64,000 nt of DNA from Amphiscolops sp. MND2022 (lineage: Eukaryota). The notes below the pieces were generated by a model. The model did no database searches and had not been told where the DNA came from. It was given only the letters and a program-made list of their open reading frames with translations. Positions 12,261-24,520 of this stretch are shown here, piece by piece. Location of the stretch: positions 61,008,001 through 61,072,000 of the forward strand of contig OZ076417.1 in the NCBI GenBank assembly GCA_964187785.1. Direction: 5' to 3'. The position numbers and the translations under genes were made by a program. Numbering within the stretch: the first letter of the stretch is position 1; each line of letters begins with the position of its first letter.

Positions 12261-12682
12261 CAGCGCCAAAAGTGGGTTAGCACACTTTTGTGTTTTTAAG
12301 TCACCGAAATCCACTGACGTATTATTAAACATGTATTTCACTGATTTTCAATGGATTCCGCTGTAGCCTGTTTTGGATTCCACTAACATATCTAGCTAAT
12401 GTACAAAAATGCGTGCATCGAAATCCACTGCTTTTCACTGCCAACTGAATTGAACCAATCGCAGTGTTTAGTGGAATCCACTGCAAGATCCGAATGTTTA
12501 AGGTATTTGATAGTGGAATCCAATGCTTTGCAGCGAAATTCACTGCAGAAAAATCGCCAAAAAACTGGAATCGACTGCAACGTAACAGCATTTGTTAGTG
12601 GATTAGGCTGCACGCTTTCCAAAATTGCCGTCCAGCGAAATCCGCTGCAAAAAGTCAAAATACCAACTTTTGGTGTGCACTG
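12261..12682. mobile_element. Tc1/mariner-like MITE
   Basis: TA on both sides; imperfect TIRs CAG(C/TGCA)..CCAAAAGT(G/T)GG; interior has ~10 GTGGAATCCAC/GAAATCCACTG-type motifs. Confidence 0.55.
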
Positions 12683-13723
12683 TAATGGTCGAAGTGGAAC
12701 AATCCGTCTGACTGCTTCAAAGGTAGATACCCATCGTGAGTGGTAACTGCATCCCCGCCCAGTAGTCCATCCGCTCACGCAAAACCGGTTAGAGTTCGAT
12801 TCGACAAGTATTGAATGGCGCTACCAAAGCCAGTCCTTGAAATACACAGGCATAACTGCGCCGCCGGACTTACAGCAATGTATGAATCACATCTAGTTCT
12901 GATTCCGACAAATGATTGGGAAATCACTAACTTGCTAACTCCGTAGCGGAGTTTCTGGATCTCACTACAACTGAACGCTGAATTACAAGGAAATAGTCAT
13001 CATCAATTCAATTACCTACTCAGATTTTTCGAAGCAAACTACAAAAAGAACTCCGTCTACAGTAAATTTATCATCAAACCGCCGCAAGTGTCAGGGACCG
13101 AGCACACCCTAAGGGCGGAAAAGCGGATTTATACAAATAATATACTCAAAGGAATTCTCGAAACCGGTCCATCAACCTGCTCAAAGACACCAACCCGATG
13201 ACCCGATGGAAGGAAATAGCTGCGGCTGAAAGTAGCCCACACGAGATTAACAGAGATTGGTGACCGTGTCAGGAAAAGAGTTCTCCCGCAATGAAAAAGA
13301 GACGTTTCAATCGCCAACTTAAACGGCTCAATAAGAGAGGATGATTTTTCATCAACTACTACAACAAGAGTGAAGGCAAACCCATTCACAGTAACCCGGA
13401 AGTTGTTCTAAAACTCCATAATTTGGACAAAAAATCCACTCCTGGATCAGGTAGTAAAGAGAAGGTCGAAGTAACAATCCTTCGATGCAATAGATGTCTA
13501 ATAGTCACACAAACTATGAAGGTAACAAAAAACGATGTCATGTAATGCTATTTCTGTTACATGAAAAACAAAAAACTTGGACAATAACCGAGTACCATCG
13601 CAACCGCAGCAGTCGAAACGATGTCTACTGAAATACAGCACGACAGCGATGAAGTTCGACGGATCTCAGGGCTCTATAAACAAGCACTGGGAAGTTCAAT
13701 GATGTACGCTTCTCAGAACTACA

Positions 13724-13993
13724 GATATCAATTTGCATTGAAACCGCGGTAAAATTGATGAAGGTCTCAACTGTTTTCAAACTTAGAACTGCATCTTAAT
13801 GAAATCTGCAAAACTTTGCGGCGCAGAATTGCCGCCAAATTTAGGATGCATCTTAAAGGCAGCTTGATAAAATTAAATCGGTTCAGTGAAGTTTTAATGC
13901 ATGGATGTTTTTGTGAGAATTTTATAAAATCATGGAAAATTGTCTTGGTAACCTGCAAAAACATGTAAAACGTTCAAGCAGTTCCAATCAGGG
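13724..13993 (-). mobile_element. Partial copy of ~540-bp MITE family (TIR CCCT(G/A)GT..GAA.TGCTTGAAC)
   Basis: Reverse complement of the left part of the copies at 17311-17858 and 45358-45893. Confidence 0.7.
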
Positions 13994-14062
13994 AACCCAC
14001 CACTGGCCGCCATCGGTAAGGGAAAATTAGCTTACGTGGAGGCTCTCCCTCCCACCGGTGGC

Positions 14063-14529
14063 CAGGGGTGACAAAATTCATTTTGTTTAACAACAATCAA
14101 TTATAGGGTTTACCAATCAATTAATTGTAATTGCTAGTTTGTAACAATCTATTTTTGCAATTAATTGCAATTAATTGGTGCATTTTGTTACAAGTGCTTG
14201 ATCCCATAACTTCTCATTTACCTTAAGAAAAATGAAAAGTGATCACTTAGACTGATTTAAAAGATCGTATCGAATAAAAAGCTTGCAGTGAATTCGTCAA
14301 TTGTGTCTGCAATCGATGTTACGTAGTTTCCTGTTCGTAGGAATGGTAGTTTCATCTCTGAAAAAGAGCTCAGTGGCGTCGCAGTACATAGCTATTGCAG
14401 CACCAATTAATTGGCAATCAATTGGTAATCTGAAATCAATTAATTGTAATTGTGAATTGGCTAAAATCAATCAATTGATTGCAATTAATTGCAATGAAAT
14501 TGGAAGCAATTAATTTTTGACAGCCCCTG
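14063..14529. mobile_element. hAT-type non-autonomous element (467 bp)
   Basis: Perfect 8-bp TSD CCGGTGGC (14055-62 and 14530-37), TIR CAGGGG...CCCCTG, interior rich in CAATTAATTG motifs. Confidence 0.85.
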
Positions 14530-14614
14530 CCGGTGGCCATCACTGGTCATCGGTGGAAAATTCGAAAATTTCGAAAATGAAAAAATGTGTCATGGCCACC
14601 AGTGGGTCTGCGAT

Positions 14615-15850
14615 CAGGGCTGGTTACAATCAATATTCCCTCAATTTTTACCATTGTACACAATTATTGCAATTATCAGTTTTTGCTTCCACAATTATTG
14701 CAATTATTGCAATTATTGTACTCAATTAAAAAAATTATTTTATGAAAATTTCAATTCAACAAGTTAAATTTTCACATCAAATCTTCAATTGATTTTGCAT
14801 CCCAGAAGGATCTATTGACACACAGGAAGATTTGCGACTCCAAGTTGAAGAGCAAGAGAGATTTCCGATGGTCATTGAAAACGAACTTGACCCTGCTGAA
14901 AAGTCGTTCGGCTAGATTGGATGTTGGTGGAATCCATTTCAAATCCCCATAATGAGACATTGGTTTTCTGCGTTTCTGGTCTAATAGGCTCTCTGCATAC
15001 GATTTGTCTCTGCATTGGAAGTTCTATGGGTTTTTTAAATACTTCCAACTCATTTTCGTTCTCGGTCGACAGAGTTTTGCATTCTATGACAGCAACTATT
15101 GCGTTTTCGAATGAGGAATTTACGCATATACCATCATTTCCAAGATAGTGGATCAAATTCTTATCCGCAAAATCACTCAGAATACCATCAAAAAGAGTTC
15201 ATTAGGCAAAAAAAATGCCGTTTGTAGATCTGTTGGATCCAGATGATGTTTGAGCTCTTGATAACGAGATAACATGGCAAACGTCGAAGACCAGCGAGTT
15301 TGTTGTCTTTTAACAGGTCTCAAATCGGTTTTTTTGCGAAGTTCGGCAGCATGCTTGAGTCAATCATTTTTGCCAACCATTTATGCCAATCATTTTTGCG
15401 GTCGACTTGTTCAAATTTTCGTTGTCTCCAACAATAAAAGAAACGGCGTCTTTGCTTTTGCCTAACACGGCTAGTGTGAACTCAATAAAGGTCGTATGTT
15501 GTTCAGTTAGTATTGCAAGTACCGCGACTCAAGATGTTATATTTGTGCAAACAAAGAGAAATTATGACAAATTAACTTCTCTGAATGGGGGATTGATTTT
15601 GGGTAGGGTAATTAACAGCACGGTAACGAATACCACACTTCTTCCAGCCGGCGCACTGCACGCATATTTGCTTGTTGTCCTTGCTTTGCTGATTGCAAAT
15701 ATTTGAAAATTCTACTTTCAGCCTTTTTAATTGTTAACAATTATTCATTCCACCCACAATTATTGCAATTATTTTTTTCTTAACAATCAATAATTGACCT
15801 CAATATTATTGCAATTATTGTACTCAATTATTGTGTTTTACCCAGCCCTG
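14615..15850 (-). mobile_element. Internally deleted hAT transposon (1236 bp) with transposase relic
   Basis: Perfect 8-bp TSD TCTGCGAT (14607-14 and 15851-58), TIR CAGGGCTGG. Minus-strand fragments include the hAT C-terminal dimerisation motif WIPPTSNLAERLFS...LESQIFLCVNRSFW (14772-14960). Confidence 0.9.
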
Positions 15851-16279
15851 TCTGCGATGGGTTGTCAGTACGGGTAATGTGTTAGACTGAGAAGATGTGC
15901 AAACGTCCCTTGGCTGCAAAACTGGCTCAAGGGACGAAATGTTCGAATCCAAATCATATTTGCTTCTTGAGTTGATTTGAAAGAAAAAAGTGATGTTTTG
16001 AAAATGTCTTTAGCCGATTATAGAAAGACTCAAAAACATTTCCGAAACTCGGAAAATTGTCTTGGTTTCAAGCAACAGAGAGTTTTACTGTAGTATATAA
16101 AACCACTTACTTATGGATGTTGCTAGTTCATCGAAATTATAATCTAGTAGTTGAATAATCTAGTAGTCCTTCTAATAATTATTCAGATCACTCGATTTAC
16201 TTATTTCATGAAATCAGAGCTTCGACTGATAACAAATAAGGCTTAACGGTTGTAAATTATAAATGCAGATCAAATTCGA

Positions 16280-16830
16280 AATATTCCTCCACTTGCTATT
16301 TTGGTTGCTTCTCAAAGTTCTTGCAATTACACAGACGAATAGATAAGTAAATATTCCATTATAAACCACTCTTTATCATAACTCGAATGTGCCTTGTGTA
16401 ATTACTGGGTCGCTTCTCCAAGAAACCGCTGATGGAATGAAAGGAATAGCCTCCACACAATTCAGTAGGAGCCTAATTTCTCTGCAAACAATTTCCCAAC
16501 CATGGAAAAATTGCAAAATAAAAAGCCACTTTTTTCGGTAATGTAGTGTGTAGAGATGATACTGTGTATTTAAAGCAAAGATGAATAAAAGTGTGGAAAA
16601 TGCAATTAACTATAAAACCATCCAATTTTGTAACAGGTATTCGAATACAGCACAATATGCATATCATGCACAATTTAACTATTTTTTTGTGTTCACGTTT
16701 TCCAAAATTGTCAACAAATTTCAAGCTTTCAATGCAGCGCTGAATTTCTTTTTGTATGCACGTCATACTTACTCTCTATACTTGCAAAAACACGCGACGC
16801 GTAAGAGAGAATATTCATTAGTATAAAAGC
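16280..16830 (+). pseudogene. Possible decayed peptide-GPCR fragment (TM5-TM7 like)
   Basis: FSKIVNKFQAFNAALNFFLYA resembles the TM7 NxxxNFxLY motif; upstream NIPPLAILVAS is TM5-like. The frames are broken. Confidence 0.25.
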
Positions 16831-17310
16831 ATGAGATTGCGAGCGAGTGTGTGAAAAATTCGTTAATCACAACATAATTCACATTTAGGCGCGAATTAGC
16901 AAAAGTGTTCAGCTCCCGGCGTTGAACAGAATTTTCTTTTTTAAAAGAAAAAATCAATATGAAAAATGATGGCACGGAGATTGGTAAAGCTCCATAAATG
17001 TTATTTTGTTTTTCAATTTCCAAAAACCTATATTTGAAGTAAAAAAAGAACATATACAAATTTGTTTTTTTTTCATGGCTCTATGAATTGAAGATTAATC
17101 CAAAAACTGAAATTTTTCAAGCAATGAAGGGAATCAAAAAATTTTTTGGAAATGGTTCAGTTTTGCCCATTTAAGTTGACTTCTATTTAAAGCTTGTACT
17201 TATGAGCAGCAAAATATGGATCTGCTCATAGGTTTAGTTTACAATCGACGTTTTCTATACAAAACGTGCCTCTGCGTGGTACATTTTTTACTTGTTCTTC
17301 AAAGTTGCCA

Positions 17311-17858
17311 CCTGGTTGGAACTGCTTGAACTTTTTACACGTTTTTCTAGGTTACCAAGCTAATTTTTCATGATTTTATAAAATTCTCAAGGAAACCACC
17401 ATGCATTAAAACTTCACTGATGCAATTTAAATTTATCAAGCTGCCTATAAGATGCATCCTAAATTTGGCGGCAATTCTGGCTCGCGAAGTTTTACAGTTC
17501 TCATGAAGACGCCGTTCTAATTTTGAAAGCAGCTGAGACCTTCGTCAATTTTACCGCGGTTTCAATGCAAATAAATTTCAGTCGTATTATAAATTTCAAA
17601 GTAGCGTCATATTCAGCGTGCTATTTGAATAACGGTGTTTACAGAAGGTACTTACATGAGAAATTTACGCGTGATAACAAAGTGATCGCTGCGGTGAAGA
17701 AGTGGAAATTTTTTCAGTTTTAACTCAAGTAGTGAAAGCTGCATAGTAATCCTATAAAATGTTTCCAGGCATGGTCCCTGAATTTTCCATGTTTTCTAAA
17801 AAAATAGCCGGCATTTTTTGAAGGTGCCTGTAAAATTTCGCAGCAACTTCGACTAGGG
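17311..17858 (+). mobile_element. Full-length copy of ~540-bp MITE family
   Basis: Aligns end to end with 45358-45893; imperfect TIRs CCTGGTTGG / CGACTAGGG. A further partial copy follows at ~17920-18180. Confidence 0.7.
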
Positions 17859-20017
17859 CAGCAACTTTTGTAATGGTTTTTTGAAACTTTAAAGGAAACT
17901 TTCATGCTAAAATATTTCCCTGTTGTATTCGACTTTTATCAAGCTGTTTGAAAGACACACCAAAGTTTCAAGCGGTGAAGTTCTGCAGGTTTCATTATGC
18001 ATCAGTTCTGATTTTAAATACAGCTGAGACGTTATCAATTTTAATGCAAATAAATATCAGTCAAGTTATACGCTGCTATCTAGCGTCATCTTCAGCGTGC
18101 TATTTGAGAAGCGGTGATTAATTCAGATGAGTAGTTGAGAAAACAAAGTGTGAATATAACGTGATCGTGTCAGTAACAAAAAGGGAAATAAATTGTGGTA
18201 GTGGAAAATGCTGGAAGTAGTAAATTTCTTGAAGCTGCAGCAAACAGTCAACTATTCTCCCGAAACATGACTTCGTCTAACTGTCGGAGTTTAGTGTGGT
18301 AACAGTTGGCGCCGCAGTGGCACTGTCGAAGTTAATCGTATACTGTTACAAGGCGCCCTTAAAAAATCGATTCTTAGAAAATCATTTATTCCAGAACGGA
18401 AAAGCAACGGAATTGTCGTAACTAATTACCTCTTCAGATCTGAAAACTAGCTAATGCATATATGTGAATAGCATCCCAAAATGGCTACTTAAAAATTCGT
18501 ATTCCACAGCTTATCATTGGCAAGACCTAATTATAAAAATAGTAATTTGATTTGATACACCGTATTCTTGTAAGTCACAAAAATATCGACAGAAAAACTA
18601 TTCCGTTTTGGAAGTCTCGAAAATGCCCAGCGGTGTGAACAATAACCTTTCAAGGTAACGAAAGACTCTTTTTCAATTTGAAATAATCAGAAAACCACAA
18701 ACAAACTGGTGCTACAAAGAATCTCCCGAACAAAAACTAAGATTTTTTTGTTTCTTCGGGAATCAAAATAGCAACTTTGCGGCTCAATGAGTTGAATGTT
18801 TCCTCATTGCTTCGTGGATCCGAGTTTGCGAAACAAAAGTGGAAACTTCTTTGCAGTTCAGTGATAGACTTCAATCAGTTTAATGCTATTCATTTTTTAT
18901 ATCAAAGTCAAAGCCCAATTTTTTCGTGAGGAAATTAGCATTTTGATAGGTAGAAAAAAATTTCACATCAATTGACCGTGATTTGCTGGATTATCATCAA
19001 ATTAAACGTTGATTAGTGGTAGCCACAAGTAACTGTTTCTAATGAATCGAACTTGAAATGTCGGAGAAACAGGTTTGAAGAAACAACTCTGATCGTTTCA
19101 ATTTGATCGATGAACTACCTTTTCCAAACAAAAAGTTGCAAGTGGTTGAAACAAGGAAGCGGTGATTCCCTTCCATACAGAAACAGTCTGACGAAAGACA
19201 ACTAGAAAAAGGGCAGGTCATTTCCGACTACTGACCTGATAGTGTGATCAAATATTCGTATCAATAAATCATAATGATTCTAATCTGACCACAGATGTTT
19301 ATGACTACAGGGTGACCATAAATTAGGACAGATATAGTTCGGTCTGGTTCCATAATTGAAATTAGCATAACGCAGTCAATTGTGCAAAAACTCAGGAGAG
19401 TATCTACAGGCCAGTGTATCAATTTCTGCCACAGAACTAACAAAGCTTTCAGAGTTGCATTTTTCTCGGTATCGTATGCTGGTTTACTTCTGAAGGTTTT
19501 CGAATAAAGTTCAAATCTTTCAGAGAAGAAGGAAAGTCTGCATCAAAATAGCGCTAATTGTATGGTTGCATCTGCTGGGAAATTGTTCCTGTTGCTTTCA
19601 TGCATTTAAGGCAAATTGTTTTTACAGAACATAAAAAATTCCGGAATACTGCTTGGAAAAAGAAATGCAAGGCACGGTCTATTCAAAAAAGAAACTATTT
19701 TTTAGTTTTTCACCGTCTCTATTACTGTTTTTTCAAATTTTAGTATACCAGGACTCAACTTCTATAATTACCGTTAATCAATATGCAGGCTGAGCATGAC
19801 GCTACTTTGAAATCTACCATACTGAAATGAACAAATTAGACCCTCGATTGTAAAAGATGGTTTAGACTGAAATTGAATTAGCTCGAAACCCGAGTTTTTT
19901 TGAAAGTAATCAAAAAATGCTTGATCAAATATCATTTAATTTCTGGAAGCACTTCTGTCATGCCCGAATAGCATGAGGAAGAATACAGAAACTCTAAAAA
20001 CTATTTCATTTATACAA

Positions 20018-20693
20018 ACGCCTGAAACCACAAGTCACAATGTAAATAAATTATGATGAATTGATTACTAAACAGTGCCGTTGAACAAATAACGACCGGC
20101 TTAACCAGTCGTCAAAAGCAGTTTTATCTACATAACAGTTAACATTCTAATTCCTCACGTGTAAACATGACCGGAAAACTCAGTCGTCAAATACATCCAC
20201 TAGCGCTATGATGCCTCTAAATAGTGCTGCATTTGAACATCAACATGATAATGACTGGGGCTGTCAGTCGTCAATGAGCATATGTACCAACATCAATGGT
20301 TATTATTCCGCGTCGTTAAAATGAACATGCAGTTATGACTGAGATCATCAGTCATCAACATCATATTTCATCAGTTTGATGCTTTGAATTCCGTGTTTTA
20401 CCATATATCCTCACATGTAGGACTGGAATACACAGTCGTCATATCCACTCTTTTAACATGGTCGTATCGCTTATTAGACTCCAATATTTACAAATTTATT
20501 TCATTACCAACATATTTAATGATAGTATATGTTCCTGAGTGCAATAATAACGTAAAGTTACCATGACTACCAAAATACACGAATCCCAATTTAGTAAACG
20601 TAAAAGCAGGTGCTAAAATCATTAAAGCGTAAAATAGTAGTGAGATTACCAGTATGGTAATTGTTCGCCACGACGACCGGTACTCGTGGTCGT
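20018..20693. repeat. Array of 21-bp palindromes (AYGACYG-N7-CAGTCRT) inside the solo LTR
   Basis: Clear copies start at 20092, 20167, 20251, 20335, 20419 and 20673, with a degenerate copy at 20018. Spacings are 74, 75, 84, 84, 84 and 254 bp; loops and spacers differ between units. Confidence 0.85.
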
Positions 20694-20993
20694 CCTTTCC
20701 ACTGAAGTTGTAATTGGTGCTAAATTAACACCTGCTGAAAATTGGTAACTAGTGAAAGTGCTATGACACTGGAAGGAGAAAGGCGTCTAACCCAAGAGTA
20801 GCCATTACAACAATTGTAACCTTACTGTTCAGTTGCTATTCAGATTAGTAAAAATCACAACATTTCTCAATATATAACCTTACTCAGTTTCAGCATACAT
20901 CACCAATAAAACTTTAAACTCCTTATCGTCTTATTTCTTATGGTAGTTATCAGATCTCAGACATTCAGAATTAAGTCACCAGAAAAAAGAATA

Positions 20994-21252
20994 ATGAGCG
21001 ACAACGAAAGCGAAGTTAGTTTTCCCGAACTTTTTACTAGAGAACAAATGACTGATCTGGATAATGATGACCTCTTGAACCGAGAACGTGGTAATGAGAC
21101 GGACGTGATTGACCAACGTTTCCACGAAATGAACAGACAAATTGGGGAAATAACCAATTTAGTTCTAGCCCTTACCCAGCAGATTTCACCTAACCCTAGA
21201 GAAAGGAATGGACCGAACATGACAACAACAAGTGCCAACAGTCGTTCCGACA
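20994..21252 (+). CDS. Gag-leader-like ORF (86 codons) inside the LTR, open up to the LTR end
   Basis: MSDNESEVSFPELF...FHEMNRQIGEITNLVLALTQQ...ANSRSD; no stop before the terminal GACA. Gag identity is inferred. Confidence 0.45.
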
Positions 21253-24200
21253 ACTTCAGAATCAGTTTTGCAAAGAATTTTGTAGCTTTGTAAAGTCACT
21301 TTCAACAACTTGTATTTACCACTAAACCCTAATCTAGTAGCTTTTTTGCATATTTACATGTCTCACAGACCCAGCTGCGCAATTTTGTATCATTGATAGA
21401 AACTAATCCATCCACTAATGACGATAATCATTACGAGACACATCCCGGTAACGAACTAGCAGGATCCTGCTAGTTCGAATTAAGTCGAATCAGAGCGCGA
21501 ATATTTTTTTTGAAGTTCTACACTTGTCACACATTACAGTAATGATATTTCTAAAAGCAACAAAAGGCCAATCTTATTATCGAATATCTCTAATACAACA
21601 GCGATTTTTGAAAATGACAAATCCGGAAGCTTCTTTAGATTTTTATCTAGTTTACAAATATGTTTAGTTGAAGATTATGCGATTTTAGTTCATTTTCAGC
21701 TAAATTTAGGTCAAAATTGAAGTTTTTCTCAAGTGCGTGAGACCTTGATCGGCCGATGAGATTTGTTTATTTTCTTTCTTTCCGCGTGCTATATTGCTTC
21801 TTCTAGAATCACTACTGTACACGCATTGAAAGGACTTTGACACAGCTTCATAAATTGACCAGTTTACACCATCGGAAATAACAGTAATTGACTAGTTTAC
21901 ACCAAACATCGTTTCTACGCAATTTGACTACCACCACTGTGCATCTCATAATTACACATAGTTCTGGTAATTACGGGTTGTTCTGGTGAGTTACACAGAC
22001 CGATTCATAACTGCACTGCTTGATTCGCATACACAGTATTAATCAGTCAATCTTATTACCTTAGTAGTTTTGATTATTGTAGTACTAGTAAATGGATACT
22101 GGCAGTGCTAGTGGAAGTGCTCACGACAGGGACCAAAATTATCAAGTTCAATAAATTGATGACCGATCAATCGCCCATTCAGATTATACGTACATACGTC
22201 ATTATACGTACATTTTTTACTGTCACTGTAAGAGTTTGTAATCAGTTCATTGTTTCATGATCAATTATTGAATTGATTTTTATAAGTAAAAACCCATTTT
22301 TGTTTCGGTTGATAAGTTTTCAGGTTTGTTAGGTTGTTTTGTTGATGATGCTCACCTTGGAATAGTGATCTACTTTCATTATGTTGGGGGGACCTAAATG
22401 GGGAGCAAGTTTTTGCAAATTTACATGTCTCACAGACCCAGTTCTGTAATTGTGTAATATTGACAGAAACTAATCCATCCACTAATGACGATATTTTGTT
22501 TTGGTTACAGGAAATCGAAGGAAAACTATAGTTATGTAAAGGTTTCTCAAAATTTAGTTTTATGTCCTATCTAAATACAATGCATTTAGGTTTCTTTCGC
22601 GGAAATGTCATGTTCAAGAAGGTTTCTTTTCAAAATTTTGCAATAAAACCTATTTGAGTGGATACTTTTGTTGAAATAGCGTCTGGAAGACTCTGATTTT
22701 TTTTCAACTCTCAAGGCTTTCGAAAATTGAACTAAATTAGGATAAAAACGAAATTAGTAGCCAAGTTCCCAAGTTTTGTATATTGACTTAAGAATTTTTC
22801 AACAAAAATGTTTGTAGTCAACATTGAAATTTCCTAAACTTTTTGTTTTACCGTTTTCGAAAATTCTTTTTGTGCAGAAGGCTTTGGTCTCCTTCAATCA
22901 AGTCTAAATCAAATTTTACAATCAGAGGTCCAATTCATTTATTACAGTATGGCATATTGCGACAGAAACTTTGCGTGCAGCGGTAAAACTGATAAAGTCT
23001 CCGCTGCTTTTAAAACTAGACGTTTTGCAAAATAAACTTGCAAGACTTTTTATAGCTCCAGTTTGCTGCCAAACTGAGGAAGCATTGTTTATACAGTTTG
23101 ATACCTACCATTCAGAACCAAAAGTGAGATTTTGATGCTAAGTTTCCGTGAAAGTTCTATAAAATAATGACGAGTTTGCTAAACAACGGAAAACAACTAT
23201 CAAGTTCGCACTGAATCATGTAAGTTGAGTACCCGTTAGAGTTTTCAATATGACAGAATCAAAATCACCGAAGTAGGACATCCCGCTAAAGCTCTTTGGC
23301 ACGTTGTTTCTCTGCTTCATTGAACTGCTGATGAATAAAGCAGTTCTATTTGAACTTTTAAAATGTTCATTCTAGATTGACACTCCCTCCAGACATGTCG
23401 TAGTATAATCGTGCCACGATAGCGACACGATCACGCCTCAAGTTCAGTCGTGATCGTGTCACAAGTCGTACTGCGATTGGCGCAATGTTAGAGTAAGGGC
23501 GTGTCACGAAACGCATGATTGACTTAATATGCAGACAATGCCTTCAACGCACGTCTTCAACTTAATAAAAGATTCACTGTTATTTCTAGGTTTTTTGAAA
23601 CCATTACCTTGTAATGTAACAGTATGATGTGTGAACGAATCTCCTTGACGAAACGCGTTTCACACCGAGTAAACACACGGATCGAAGCTGTAGAGCTTTC
23701 AAGATTTGGTCTTTTTATAGAATCATTGCAAAAGGCAGGTTGGTACTTGCAAGGTACCAAATTTTGAATCGAAACTTCAGATAAATTGACCTATTTTGGA
23801 ACATTATTTTTATAATGTTATGATACCTTTTTTCGTGCCCGGAGGACTAATAATACCATTGCGTCAATAGAAGGATCTTGTAAAAAGTTAGTGCGATGAA
23901 TAAATTATGCAACAAAATTGCCACGCTTTATTATTTACGATGCGAAGTACGAACGACTCGATCTGGCAACAATCTTTCGACGATAGGTGTGATGGTACTG
24001 TGAAACAGATGGGCGTGATGGGTAAACTTGGAAATGCAACAAATGTTTCCATTTTCCTAAGAAATAAAATACGCACTTTTGTTTTGTTTTCAACGAAAAT
24101 CTCCATTTATAAACCATTTGTAACCCACACTAATAATACAGTTGGTAATTGCCGCGTGTACACAAATGTGACTTTTTCCTGGGACGGAATGTATTAGATG

Positions 24201-24520
24201 GGGTTCAGTGCGGTGTCATAAATCACTACCACCACCACAGGTGTTTGGCTGCACTGTCAAATGTCCCCCACTTTTCACAAATAATTGCCTCGATAAAGAG
24301 TTCACCTTCACTTCAGTTGCTTATACCAGGTATTGACCGGACTTGACTTAGCGCTGCAGTTTTTCTCTCGTGTTACTGTTATTGTTCGCTCTACTAGTGC
24401 CATTAAACAGTGATAACTTCTGATTCCAAGATGAGTAGCTTTTCAACTAACGTACAGAATTATTGTACATCTTACCAAAAAAGACTTTGACAAAGATAGA
24501 TTTTTAGATAATAAGATAAA

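Larger units (their letters stand above)
19956..21252 (+). mobile_element. Solo LTR, 1297 bp (probably Gypsy-type)
   Basis: TGTC...GACA termini flanked by a perfect 5-bp TSD ACTTC (19951-55 and 21253-57). Confidence 0.85.

Noticed and set aside
20092-20439. CRISPR-like repeat-spacer array
   Set aside because: The context is a eukaryotic LTR with no cas genes; the repeats have variable loops, and the spacers keep faint mutual similarity (TCCTCAC.TGTA in two units), pointing to an old tandem amplification. Reported as a palindrome array instead.
20167-20439. 84-bp period as C2H2 zinc-finger (28-aa) coding repeat
   Set aside because: Stops occur in all six frames and there is no CxxC/HxxxH or TGEKP pattern.
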